Shown: positions 22,301 through 30,663 of the stretch, in pieces | Position numbering within the stretch: position 1 is the stretch's first letter | How the letters are laid out: each line of letters starts with the position of its first letter | Assembly (NCBI GenBank): GCA_947085935.1 | Contig: CAMTYE010000001.1 | Location: forward strand, 40,878 to 104,877 | Origin: an uncultured Actinomycetes bacterium | Lineage (GTDB): Bacteria > Actinomycetota > Coriobacteriia > Anaerosomatales > CAMTYE01 | Direction: 5' to 3' | Length of the DNA: 64,000 nucleotides | Notes under the pieces: model-generated | Told to the model about the DNA's origin: nothing | Databases searched by the model: none | The model's input: the letters and a program-made list of their open reading frames with translations, nothing else | Program-made: the position numbers and the translations under genes

Positions 22301-25300
22301 GTCGATGCGAGCCCTGTTCAGGATGGAACTCTGCACGTCGCCGTCAACACCGGGTGGCAGTCCGTCGAGCGGGGCGCCGCCGTTGAAGGCGTTGTCGACG
22401 CGCACACCGATCGTCAGGACGAGCGTGCCGTAGGGGGGGTTGGTGACGTCGCCCAGGTCCCAGCTCACGGGCGTTTCGCCGGCAACCTCGGCTCCCACGC
22501 TCACCGACCCGATCGCGTCGGAGGGCGTCGCGTACAGAACCGTCAGACCGTCGGGGACCAGGTCTGAGATGACCATGTTGTATGCGGTGGTGGAGGCCGG
22601 AATCGAGAAGCTCACGAAGTACTCGTACTCCTGGCCGATAGTGCGGGTGGTGATTCCGGACTCGATCGTCTTGACGATGAGCGCGTCAGCGACACTCACG
22701 GTCGCCTGGTCCGTATCCGCAGTCCACGCGGCTTCAGCCGGGCTGTCGTTGTAGACGCGCTTGTCGGGAGAGGCGGGGTGGCTTGTCCAGTCCACATCCG
22801 CCGTGTTCGTCTGCGATGAGCCCGCGCCCGCGCCCGGATCGATGCTCGCGCTGTAGTCGATCGTGATCGTCTCGGTGGTGCCGAGCGAGACGTTGTCGAA
22901 GTCGACTGTGACCATGTCCCCGTCGGAGAAGTCGGGCGTCACGTCGGCGATGATGTCGCCCAGAGCGGAATGGGTCACTGAGACGAGCGTCGGGTCGGAC
23001 ATGTTGGGAGCCAGGATGTCTTCCCAGCTCAAGTCGTATGCACGCGCGAATCCGGCTGTGTTATCGATGACCACCCGGTAGTTCACGGTGTCTCCGCCGG
23101 CATACGGGCCCGTGCTCTGTTCCGTCTTGTTCAGCGTGAGGCGCGGCTGATCGACGTCCAGGGTCGCTGCCGATGAGGCGGACGTAGGTGAGCCTCCCAC
23201 AGTCCAGTGGATGCGTCCCGTGTCGGCAATCGTGTCGGCCGCTGTGGGCGGGAAGAACCGCCAGCCCGCCGCATCGGTGATGGCGTCGACGCGCATCGTG
23301 TATGTGAGATCGAACACGTACGGCGTGTCGCCCGTGGTGGGCGCTGCGCTCGAGTTGTCGATGGGAGCCACGAGATCGAACCGGACCGTCGATCCCGGGT
23401 TCGGCGAGTCGTCGAAGACGACACCCGAAAGCGCCGCCGCGATCTGCGGGGACCCCGAGACGAGAGCGAATGCGGCCGAGCCGGCGTTGTACGTCAGGCC
23501 GTCGGTCGCGATGGTGTCTGAGAGATACGAGTCCGGCAGGACCGTCTCGGCCGGCACCGTGACCCGCAGGCGATAGGTGACATCATCGCCTATGCGAGCC
23601 GGATTCGGCCCGACGATCGTCTTGACGATAGTCGGTGAAGCGATGGATATCGATGTGAAGTCCGTGTCGGCGAGGTAACCGCTCTCCCATGCCGGGTTGT
23701 CGTCATAGCGCCTGCTGCCTGCGGGCGTCCCAGGCAGGGAAGACCAGTCGATATCTGACAGGTTGGCCAGGTTGACCGAGGCGGGCACGTCGGGGTCCAC
23801 GACGGCCGTGTACGTGATGGTGATCGTCTGTCCGGGTGCGAGTGAGACGGCATCGAAGTCGATTGACAGAGCGGGCGGGCTGGTGAAGTCGGGCGTGATG
23901 CTCCCGAGGATGTTGCCGAGAGCCGAGTGGGTGACGCCGGTGAGCACCGGGGTGTCGATATACGTGGGCAGGGTGTCGGCCCAGTCAAGGTCGTATGCCG
24001 GACTCCATCCGTTGTTCGCGAGCACTACCCGGTAGCCCACTGTCGAGTTGCCCGCATAAGGCCCCGGCGTGGTGACTGTCTTCGCCAGCGTCAACCTGGG
24101 CTGGTCGATGTTGGTCCAGACACTGGCGGGGTTGTACGTTGCCGAGGCATCGCGGGTCCCCACGTTGGTCGTTGCCCAGCTCACGACCGCTGACTGGTTC
24201 GTGACGCGGTCGTTGGCCGTCGGCTGCCAGAACTCCTGTGTGCCGTTGTCGCGGACGCCGGTGTACTGCAGCGAGAAGGTCAGGCGGAACGCGTACTCGG
24301 TCGATTGACCCGAGTTATCGATCGGGTTCGCGAAGTTCCAGGTGAGCGTCGTCAGGTTGTTCGAACCCGTACCCCCTCGCGTTGGCGTGGAGGTGGAGGC
24401 GAACGAGGCGGGTCCGGGGGGTGTTCCGGCGAGTGTGGATATCGAGGCGCTCCCGGGAACGTAGTAGACGCCGTCCCGGTTCATGGTGTCGACGATGCGG
24501 GGGATATACGCGGTCGCTCCGACCGGCACGGTCACGTCGATGCTGGCGACGAATGTGTCACCCACGGTATACGGCCCCCCGGGCCAGTTCTTTCTGATCC
24601 GGAGGGGCGAGAGCGTGACAGAGGCGTCATCGGTGTTGGGGTCCGAGACGGAGGACGTTCCGGGTACGGTTCGTCCGGTACCGTCGGGTTGAGTGTCGTA
24701 GGAGACCGTTGCCAGATCGGTCAGTGTCCTACCCGCGCCGATACCCGTGTCGACGACCGAGTCGTACTCGATCACGAGTTGTCCGGCCGCCGGTATGGGC
24801 GTATCGATGGCACCGTCGTGCAGATCGATCAGCCACACTCCCGTGCCTGCGGCGTAGGATGTCGTGTAGTCGACACCGGCGATCAGGGGTGAGCCGTTGA
24901 GTGTGATAGCGGTTATCGCCGGGGGTGTTCCGCGCATTCCCACAGGCAGAGTGTCCGTGACGAGCACATCCTCGGCAGACCCGAGGCCGGAGTTGCCGAT
25001 GGTGACGCGATAACCGACGGTTGAACCGGCGACGAGTGGCGAGGGAACCGAGATGGTGTTCTTGTCGAGCGACAGTCTGGGCTCAACATACTCCAGGGTC
25101 GCGATATCCCGATCGGAGTACTCCTGCCCGAACGTGTTGATTCCGGTCATCTTCCAGTGGTTTCCGGTCTTGAGTCCTTCTGCTACGACCGGCACGTTCT
25201 GAACGGTGACCGTGAACGTGGTCTCCCACCAGCCGTCGGCACTGACGTCGCCGAGGAACCACTCCAGACCCGAGAGCGAACCGATGCTAACGTTCGCGGG

Positions 25301-27073
25301 GGTGTCAGGATTGACCGCAGGAGGAGTCCCGGTGGTCGGTACGGTGAAGGTCGCATCATACGTGGGCACAGCGTCGCCGTTGTAGAGCACGCCAGGAGGG
25401 AGCCAGTCGGTAACCGTCATGTAGCCCATCGAGATGTCATCGCGGAGGGGCGTTGCGCCATCGTTCGTGTTGAAGCGGAGACGATACAGGATGTCGTCGC
25501 CGACCTGCGCGTCGATGGTGTCGGTCCACATACTGAGATCCGGATCCCATACGGCCTTCTCGATTCCCGGAAGCCCGGTGGACAGAGCGGCGTTCACCGT
25601 GGCGACGAGGACGTCAGAGTCGGTCCTCGGCGGCTTGACCTGGTCATACCAGGTACCGGCGAGCTTTGCGGTGTTGGTCATCGAGTCGCCTGCGCGAATC
25701 GGCTGGCCGGCGTACGGAGCCCGCTCCCACGTCGTGTCCATCGATGCCTGGAAGGTGAGGACGGCCCCATCGGTCGTGCCGAGGGCAGCGAGCTCCGTCG
25801 GCCCCCAGATGATGACGGTGGTGCCGTCAGGGTTGGGTGTGACGCTGGCCGGTGCCGGCGTGCCACCGGTAACGCCCGCGTATGTCAGTCCGTCGGGCAG
25901 GGTGTCGGTGACGGTGAGGGTGTCGGCCGTGAAGTACTGCGAGGTGACGTAGGTGAGCGTGTAGTCGATGATCGTGCCGTACCCGCCGCTCGAGGGCGAG
26001 CCGCCCTTGTCAATCGTCATGTAGGTGCCCTCGACGGACGCCGAGTCGGTATCATACGGGGTGATCGTCGCAGGGAGAGAGCCCCTGTAGGCGCTCTGGA
26101 GGCCCGCGGTGTTCAGGAAGCTGGTCTTGTGGGGGATTATCGCCGCAGTGGCCGGGGTGGAGACGAAGTCGGTGGTCAGGCGATTCGTGCCGCCGTTGGC
26201 TGTCCCGTAGTAGTCGTACCGTATACCTGCATCGTAGACGATCGTCGTGTTCTGGCCGGGAGCCATCGTGCCGAGAGTCCACTTGAGCTGCGTGATCCCG
26301 GTAGCGGGGTCTCGCACGGGATAGCCCGGATCGAGAGCCGGTCCGCTTGCCACTCCGAGGAACTCGACGCCGTCGGGGATGGTGTCGGTCAGGACCACGC
26401 TGGCCGTCGGATTCGTGTAGTTGTTCTGCACATCGAGCGTGTATGTGTAGGCGCGGCCCTCGGTTCCGGTCGCCTGCTGCACGCCCGTGGACTGGTTCGC
26501 GTCCTTCACAACAAGCAGGATGGGGGTGACGGTCCCCTGAGCGCTGTCGGCCCCTGCATACCAGGTTCCGCTGTTGTCGGGGATGTCGTTGACGCGTGCA
26601 TCGACGGCGAGGGTGAGCAGGTCGCCGACCTCCCAGCCCGGGTCTCCCGAGATGTCGACTTCGAAGGTGAGCGTGAAGGACTCCGTCGGTGCCAGGTCGA
26701 CCATGTCGAAGAACTCGAGGTCCGTATCGCCGGTACCGGGATTCAGCCGGACTGTCGTTGGTGGCACACTCGAACTGCCGATGGTCACGCGTCCGGCGGG
26801 GTTTGGAAGATTGCTGGCGAGAAGGGCATCGACTGAGAGGTTGTAGCCCTTGACGTCACCGTTGTTGGTGACCGTGATGCTCACAGTCGCCGTCCCACCG
26901 AGAAGCGGGTCGCTGACTGATGTGGACACCGAGAGAGACGGCGCCGCGTATGACGGCTCGGGTGCAGCCACGGTGAACGTCGTGAGCGAGAGCATCAACG
27001 CCAGGCACAGCCAGACTCTCAGAAGCTTGTTTCCTGCTGAACGGTGCCACGGGTACGACGATGGCAGCAACAA
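16361..27073 (-). CDS. Giant (~3,570 aa) sortase-anchored surface protein with ~24 DUF11/isopeptide-type Ig-like modules
   Basis: Repeated L...K......G....Y...V.N.G......L.D.LP...N.A modules; signal peptide; C-terminal LLQTG + TM + RRRLRSA; TTG start placed after GGAGG, with TACAAT at 27109-27114. Confidence 0.9.
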   Translation of the reverse strand: MLLPSSYPWHRSAGNKLLRVWLCLALMLSLTTFTVAAPEPSYAAPSLSVSTSVSDPLLGGTATVSITVTNNGDVKGYNLSVDALLASNLPNPAGRVTIGSSSVPPTTVRLNPGTGDTDLEFFDMVDLAPTESFTLTFEVDISGDPGWEVGDLLTLAVDARVNDIPDNSGTWYAGADSAQGTVTPILLVVKDANQSTGVQQATGTEGRAYTYTLDVQNNYTNPTASVVLTDTIPDGVEFLGVASGPALDPGYPVRDPATGITQLKWTLGTMAPGQNTTIVYDAGIRYDYYGTANGGTNRLTTDFVSTPATAAIIPHKTSFLNTAGLQSAYRGSLPATITPYDTDSASVEGTYMTIDKGGSPSSGGYGTIIDYTLTYVTSQYFTADTLTVTDTLPDGLTYAGVTGGTPAPASVTPNPDGTTVIIWGPTELAALGTTDGAVLTFQASMDTTWERAPYAGQPIRAGDSMTNTAKLAGTWYDQVKPPRTDSDVLVATVNAALSTGLPGIEKAVWDPDLSMWTDTIDAQVGDDILYRLRFNTNDGATPLRDDISMGYMTVTDWLPPGVLYNGDAVPTYDATFTVPTTGTPPAVNPDTPANVSIGSLSGLEWFLGDVSADGWWETTFTVTVQNVPVVAEGLKTGNHWKMTGINTFGQEYSDRDIATLEYVEPRLSLDKNTISVPSPLVAGSTVGYRVTIGNSGLGSAEDVLVTDTLPVGMRGTPPAITAITLNGSPLIAGVDYTTSYAAGTGVWLIDLHDGAIDTPIPAAGQLVIEYDSVVDTGIGAGRTLTDLATVSYDTQPDGTGRTVPGTSSVSDPNTDDASVTLSPLRIRKNWPGGPYTVGDTFVASIDVTVPVGATAYIPRIVDTMNRDGVYYVPGSASISTLAGTPPGPASFASTSTPTRGGTGSNNLTTLTWNFANPIDNSGQSTEYAFRLTFSLQYTGVRDNGTQEFWQPTANDRVTNQSAVVSWATTNVGTRDASATYNPASVWTNIDQPRLTLAKTVTTPGPYAGNSTVGYRVVLANNGWSPAYDLDWADTLPTYIDTPVLTGVTHSALGNILGSITPDFTSPPALSIDFDAVSLAPGQTITITYTAVVDPDVPASVNLANLSDIDWSSLPGTPAGSRRYDDNPAWESGYLADTDFTSISIASPTIVKTIVGPNPARIGDDVTYRLRVTVPAETVLPDSYLSDTIATDGLTYNAGSAAFALVSGSPQIAAALSGVVFDDSPNPGSTVRFDLVAPIDNSSAAPTTGDTPYVFDLTYTMRVDAITDAAGWRFFPPTAADTIADTGRIHWTVGGSPTSASSAATLDVDQPRLTLNKTEQSTGPYAGGDTVNYRVVIDNTAGFARAYDLSWEDILAPNMSDPTLVSVTHSALGDIIADVTPDFSDGDMVTVDFDNVSLGTTETITIDYSASIDPGAGAGSSQTNTADVDWTSHPASPDKRVYNDSPAEAAWTADTDQATVSVADALIVKTIESGITTRTIGQEYEYFVSFSIPASTTAYNMVISDLVPDGLTVLYATPSDAIGSVSVGAEVAGETPVSWDLGDVTNPPYGTLVLTIGVRVDNAFNGGAPLDGLPPGVDGDVQSSILNRARIDWDTADVAGTPMSSTSDVTITAVEPHLTIDKSASRASLGAAEEVTFTVTVTNDGSSTAHEMRWLDHIPASLFSAGASPSLVTVTLDGSPLTGGVDFTADFATDQTATVDFAVPLAPGSSAVIVYTARLNGGIPNGTPVTNDARVTEYRSLPSAATGERVSGPVSDSVTLTALAPSVLLDKSVVGDAQLQAGQEATFRLDITNTGTAPAFSVLLTDTLPPGVTYVPGSTTGILPGIGAFSDDPAAVGPSLVWDFGGALDLAVGQTATYTFRASIESTASLGTATNATVASAEDGAGFPVTPSSDTQDILITRPDISLLKLLAPAQDPFVQFGQQVTFDLIVTNSGSTILDIVPLSDTFEAAYLSFAGASVAPDGSSAGLRTWSDLTGAGSLAVGASTTVTVTFDVIGHPPASSTVNTASVSPATDQYGDPTPTATSAATIGITAPSVAVDKRLAASQNATVSAGDTVDYEIELSNSGDTTITALALSDIFDSSVFELVSATPAEDSSGPAGTLTWTDITTSLGDIAPGDSVVVDVTLRGRNAAVSSVNTATITSATDINGDTPAPDSDTASATVVEPLLTLTKSADRVLMGPGETAVYTLTLTNIGTGPAFDVVLGDAVPSELWSPYGISATLDSVPLAAGVDYVTNLSAPTMMAVTLASPLQVGETFELQYSVDLAGGTAGGTVLTNTAGAVASSLPGADPEENVYGPITDSWTITSQAPVISLDKTVIGDTELQHGQDGTFQLRVTNVGDATAYSVVLTDTLPAGLTYVPGSSMATWSGAGSSSADPAVNGSTLVWSFPPSTILPGETLTLTFDANVDPAAAVGIKPNTGVAGASDGGGVDIAPSADLATILVTVPGASVSKQLAVGQDPFIQVGEQVTFDVVVSNSGDTTIAVLPLTDTFDPAYLEFIVATPSADTTAVGSASWTDLTTLSGDLAPGEQTTVTVTFAAIAHPPTSASTNTAAVAGATDAYGDPIPVVGDSEDIGITAPAVAITKSVSAGEPSTVRLGETTTFDLAVTNTGDTVLDVIPLTDVYDPATVSFVSANPGPDTAVAGTLTWDDITASLGNLSPGQTTTVTVTVRAEAETVSSPDTATVSGVVDINGDAAADDSDTETVTIVQPVLTIDKTVGSATLDPGQVTTYTVDITNTGTGAAYDVAWADTIPAELTFGSSPLLLGVTLDGSPLTDGVDYIADFSVSTAPTIDLLAPIGSGQVVRITYTASLIGGLASGLTFDNLAEVTEYSSLPGTDINEWTWGSISDTETITTRAPWLGITKLATGDLELQAGQNAHFTVVLSNTGDASAFDPAITDALPTGLSYVAGSAVIVDSSAGTTTTTDPTIIGSAATWSLGGTEVLPGETVVITFEAHVELSAPTGVATNGISAVADDGAGEERGPVTDSDDVLVTRPEVAIDKHLAPGQDAHIQVGEQVSFEIVLTNTGTTAIDVLPLTDLFDPAYLDLVSAAPSSDSTSVGTVDWIDLTGAGSLAIGDATTVTVTFSAIGHPAVSSTTDTATVSGAIDEYSDPAPDVTDSAAIGITAPSVSIAKTLAAGQDPVFALGEPVVYDVAVTNTGDTTLAVVPVVDTFDSSALAFTDAMPAPGSVSTETLNWNDITVHFGDMAPGSTATMTVAFEAIAPSASAVNTASVPAGAAVDEFGDFPAGVDATIAVGTYDIDDVTLIKDADPAPGTIVLPGDVLTYTLTFTNGTPVVLPSVEFLDELPDSVTYVAGSILLESGAASFPLTDDIDGDEAAFEGGLGPQGAIYASFGDVSPDATVSISFQVKIRAEEFSRRGVRNYATATSAGEPIAGAGPVDHPVDPIEIIKTGRDINGGRLMAGDQIEWTITITNTGLTPTTRVRVDDTVPSETVYVSGSITGRGGDDSNAPDLAWDVGTLRIDESVVLTFRSSVKAGLPKGTVIRNQATVRSDQSAPKRSDSPETPEIGDATLLQTGSDDRLWIGGVLAGLIAAAWLMLQGRRRLRSA
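17300..22235 (-). repeat. Three tandem copies of a four-module (ABCD) super-repeat, ~1.65 kb each
   Basis: Units start near 22235, 20582, 18946 (PHLTIDK/PLLTLTK/PVLTIDK) with recurring GD..LQ.GQ and QDP..Q.G.QV.F modules; boundaries approximate. Confidence 0.75.
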
Positions 27074-27139
27074 GGTGACCTCCCCGGATGAACGCGCTGG
27101 TTCATCACATTGTATTGCACTCATCCGGCTCCGTCGCGC

Positions 27140-27184
27140 TCAAGTGATGTACCATTTGAGTCGACAACTAATCTGTGTCGATAC
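27140..27184 (+). promoter_or_regulatory. Two overlapping putative sigma28/WhiG-type promoters for the 7TM kinase
   Basis: TCAA-N16-GTCGACAA (27140-27167) and TGAG-N16-GTCGATAC (27157-27184). Confidence 0.4.
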
Positions 27185-27211
27185 GGGCTGTCTCGCAAGG
27201 GGAAGGACCTG

Positions 27212-29059
27212 ATGATCCAGGTCAGCATAGTCTCGCTGCTGCCCCTTGCCGCGGCTGTCTTGTCGGTGTTCCTCGCCGCGAGTACCCTCAGAGTACGCGG
27301 ACGAGGTAACCCGACGGTCCGTTTCTTCTTCGTGCTGAACATGGCGACCGCGCTGTGGGCGTTCTTCTACGCCGTCGAGCTCAACATCGAGACCCCCGTC
27401 GTGCTGGACCTGGCACCTCTCGGTAGCTGGCACTACGTCGCCTACATGCTGCAGATCATCGGTCTGAGCGCAGCACCCACGTACTGGCTTCTGTTCGCCG
27501 CCGCGCATGCCGGCAAGCAACGCCTCACGACGGGTCCGGGCTTCTGGCTCCTCAATGTGCCGTTCGTCTATGGTGTCGTGATCGCCGCCCTCAACCCCGC
27601 GCTGCAGTGGTTCGTCACCCAGGACGGTCCGGGGGCACCGGTCGGCTACGGGCCCACGGCCTACCCGCATCTGGTCTTCACGTTCGCCTTGGTCGGCTGG
27701 GGTACATGGCTCCTGATAGCGTCGGTCTGGAATCCCGGAACGGTGCGAAGCCGACGCAGCGCGCAACTCCTCGCGTTCGCGACCACCGCTCCGTTCCTCG
27801 GCGGTCTGCTCTGGGGCATCCGTCACCTTATCGGCCTGAACCTCACCATCCACCCGGTGCCGATCCTGTTCGCGCTGCTCAACGCGGTGCTGCTCTATCA
27901 GGTCCTCAACAACGGGCTTGCGGATATCATCCCTGTCGCCGCGTATCAGGCCTTCCGGACAATGGCCGATCCGGTACTGGTGGTCGACGGCGATGGCGTG
28001 CTTGTGGCCACGAACACGGCAGCGGAGCGACTGATCCCGGACCTCCAGCCGCGGGTGATGCTCTCGGACGCTGCACCGTGGCTCGCGCAACATGTCTCCA
28101 ACTTGAACCTGTTCTCCGAGGACTGCCTGGAGTTCGAGGCCTCGGTGGCGGATACGGTTCTGTGGGGTCGGGCCCGGAGGACACGCGACGGCAAGAGTCG
28201 ACCGGTCGGCTTCATCGTGATGCTCACGGACGTGACAGAGATACGCGCGCTTCAACTCGACCTCCAGGCGGCGAACCTGACGCTCAGGGACAAGATCGAG
28301 CAGTTGCGAGAGGCCAGATCGCGTGCCGAGGAGCGCGGCGAGCGCCTGCACGAGCTCAACACGCAGCTCGAAGAGGCCACACATGCCAAGAGCAGATTCC
28401 TGGCGAACATGAGCCACGAGCTCCGCACGCCCCTCAACTCGATCATCGGCTTCTCGGGCGTGCTGCTCCAAGAGGCGGCAGGGCCCGTGACGCACGAGCA
28501 GCGCGTTCAGCTCGAGATGGTCCGGTCGTCGGGACGCCGGTTACTCACCCTCATCGACGACATCCTGGACCTGACCAAGATCGAGGCCGGACGGCTCAAG
28601 GTCTCGACCGGCGCATGCGATCTTCGCGATGTGCTCGCCGCGGTCGATGCGACCGTTCGCCCGCTGGCCGACGAGAAGGGGCTCACGTTCGAGGTGGGGC
28701 TTCCGTCGATGCCGGTGGAGATCACCACCGACCGGGTCCGGCTGGAGCAGATACTCCTGAACCTGGCGACGAACGGCGTCAAGTTCACCGACCATGGTGG
28801 TGTCGGCATCGGTGTGCGGGTCGACCGCGAATCGGTGGAGATCCGTGTCGCCGACACCGGAATAGGGATAGCGCCCGACAAGCTGGACACCGTGTTCGCC
28901 GAATTCGAACGGCTCGCTCATCCGGATGGCCACACGCGATCCGGCACCGGTCTGGGCCTGGCGATCAGCCGACAGCTAGCCTACCTGCTCCGCGGCGAGA
29001 TCGCTGTCGAGAGTGTCCTGGGCCGGGGATCGACCTTCACGCTCACGATCCCGCGTTAG
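27212..29059 (+). CDS. Sensor histidine kinase with N-terminal 7TM (HisKA_7TM-like) and PAS-like domain
   Basis: ~7 TMs, SHELRTPLNSIIGF H-box, N-box LATNGVKFT, DTGIGI, GTGLGL; no receiver domain. Confidence 0.92.
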   Translation: MIQVSIVSLLPLAAAVLSVFLAASTLRVRGRGNPTVRFFFVLNMATALWAFFYAVELNIETPVVLDLAPLGSWHYVAYMLQIIGLSAAPTYWLLFAAAHAGKQRLTTGPGFWLLNVPFVYGVVIAALNPALQWFVTQDGPGAPVGYGPTAYPHLVFTFALVGWGTWLLIASVWNPGTVRSRRSAQLLAFATTAPFLGGLLWGIRHLIGLNLTIHPVPILFALLNAVLLYQVLNNGLADIIPVAAYQAFRTMADPVLVVDGDGVLVATNTAAERLIPDLQPRVMLSDAAPWLAQHVSNLNLFSEDCLEFEASVADTVLWGRARRTRDGKSRPVGFIVMLTDVTEIRALQLDLQAANLTLRDKIEQLREARSRAEERGERLHELNTQLEEATHAKSRFLANMSHELRTPLNSIIGFSGVLLQEAAGPVTHEQRVQLEMVRSSGRRLLTLIDDILDLTKIEAGRLKVSTGACDLRDVLAAVDATVRPLADEKGLTFEVGLPSMPVEITTDRVRLEQILLNLATNGVKFTDHGGVGIGVRVDRESVEIRVADTGIGIAPDKLDTVFAEFERLAHPDGHTRSGTGLGLAISRQLAYLLRGEIAVESVLGRGSTFTLTIPR

Positions 29060-30632
29060 TAGTCTCCTCCGAGGTGACTCCCGCAGGGGCGATGGTCGAT
29101 CCCAGGTACTGGTTCTTGATGGTCTTGGTGCCTGAGAACGGCCCGCATCCGCGCGCGTACACGGCGACCTGAGGGTCGGCGACCTGAGGGTTGTCCTGGT
29201 ACGCATCGCGGAAGTCCTGGTTGATGCGGTACAGGCCGGTCACGATCAGCGCGTGGTAGCGCTGTGCGAGGTCGTTCGCGTCCGAGTCTGACAGCAGCTC
29301 GTCGTGGTGCTCCAGGGCGATGCTCAGTCTCTGCGAGTACTCGGCGTCGGTATCGACGGCCAGCCTGAAGGTGAGGATGTCGGAATCGAACTCCTCGGCG
29401 AGAATCGCCTGGATGTTCTCGGGGTAGATGTTGGCGCCCACGACCGAGACGGTCCCGTCGCTGCGCCCGAACACGTAGAAGAACGGCAGCTGCCAGATCT
29501 GCTCGCGACCGTAGCCGAGTTCGGCGAGGCGGGGCAGGACGTCGTAGCCATGGTCCCGCAGGATCTCGAACGTGCCCTCGTAAGGCAGCAGCCCGCCCCG
29601 GTCGTGGATGTTGTACCGCACGAGCGGGATGCCGGACATCACGGTGAACGCGAGTTCGCGATCGACCTCCTCGATGTAGCAGGTGGACGGGTTGTACTGA
29701 AGGAGTGCGGGCAGCGCGCCCGAGCGCACGCACGGGTCCTTGAACAGCGCCTCGGCAAGCGATGCGTCTTCCGTGCACAGACGCCGTATCAGAACGGTCA
29801 GCGGGTATTCCCTACCGATGGTCATCCCGACATCCGCAGCCCCGTAGCCGCCGCTAATCGCGAGCAGGTCGCGCGAGCAGTCGACGCCCAGGATGCGGCC
29901 CATGTGGCTCCGCCACTGCTCGGAGTATCCCTCGCCACCGAGTCCGAGCTTGACGTTCAGGTCTTTCCAGGCGACACCCCGCCGAGTGCCCTCGTCGATG
30001 ACGGTCTTGAGGAACGGGGGGTAGCCGACCATGACGACCTGGTCGTAGTGCGGTCCGAGGTCGTTCACGATCTCGAGTATCTCCTCGGCATTGGTGCCGG
30101 GCGCCATCACGGTGAGCGGGTACTTGCCCGTTGCCGCGACCTGCCGGAGTGCCTGGGCCATCTTCTCGCCGCTGGTCCACGTGCCCAGAGCCAGGGTGAT
30201 CAGAACGAGTGTCGAGCGCGTGTCCATCCCGTAGAACTGCACGAACGCGTACTCGAGGTAGCTCGGGAACAGGGCATCCTCTTCGGGCAGTCTGAGCCAG
30301 TAGTACGAGCCGCCGTGATGGCCTGAGCTCTTCTCGATCGTGTACGCCCCCGCCGCGCGACCGTCCAGGCACAGCGACGGCAGATCGAAACGGTCGATGT
30401 AGCTCTTCTTGTCGATGACCGGGAGCGCGCAGAACGCGGCGTGGTCGGGGACGTCGAGGGAGTGGCCGAGCGAGGCCAGGTGCTCGGGGTAGGCGCGGGT
30501 GCGGGTGATGGCCGTCCGTGCGACCTCGAGCGCGCGTTTCGCACCGCGCCGCTGGTGGCTTTCGGTCGGAACGCGCGACATCATGGCGTTCGTGAGCTTC
30601 CGGTTGCTCATGACGATCGATTGCATGCTCAT
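29043..30632 (-). CDS. Phenylacetate-CoA ligase (PaaK)-like adenylate-forming enzyme
   Basis: LPVIDK..Y, SSG loop (KSSGHHG), GYPPF, GGEG, YGAADVG, PLVRYNIHD.G, GRSD...GANIYP. Confidence 0.85.
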   Translation of the reverse strand: MSMQSIVMSNRKLTNAMMSRVPTESHQRRGAKRALEVARTAITRTRAYPEHLASLGHSLDVPDHAAFCALPVIDKKSYIDRFDLPSLCLDGRAAGAYTIEKSSGHHGGSYYWLRLPEEDALFPSYLEYAFVQFYGMDTRSTLVLITLALGTWTSGEKMAQALRQVAATGKYPLTVMAPGTNAEEILEIVNDLGPHYDQVVMVGYPPFLKTVIDEGTRRGVAWKDLNVKLGLGGEGYSEQWRSHMGRILGVDCSRDLLAISGGYGAADVGMTIGREYPLTVLIRRLCTEDASLAEALFKDPCVRSGALPALLQYNPSTCYIEEVDRELAFTVMSGIPLVRYNIHDRGGLLPYEGTFEILRDHGYDVLPRLAELGYGREQIWQLPFFYVFGRSDGTVSVVGANIYPENIQAILAEEFDSDILTFRLAVDTDAEYSQRLSIALEHHDELLSDSDANDLAQRYHALIVTGLYRINQDFRDAYQDNPQVADPQVAVYARGCGPFSGTKTIKNQYLGSTIAPAGVTSEETTNAGS

Positions 30633-30663
30633 GTGCCGTTCCCCCTACGCCTGGTGTCCTGTG

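Noticed and set aside
27074-27124. ORF-track start (ATG 27124) for the giant protein
   Set aside because: A TACAAT -10 and a GGAGG RBS lie inside this stretch and favour TTG at 27073
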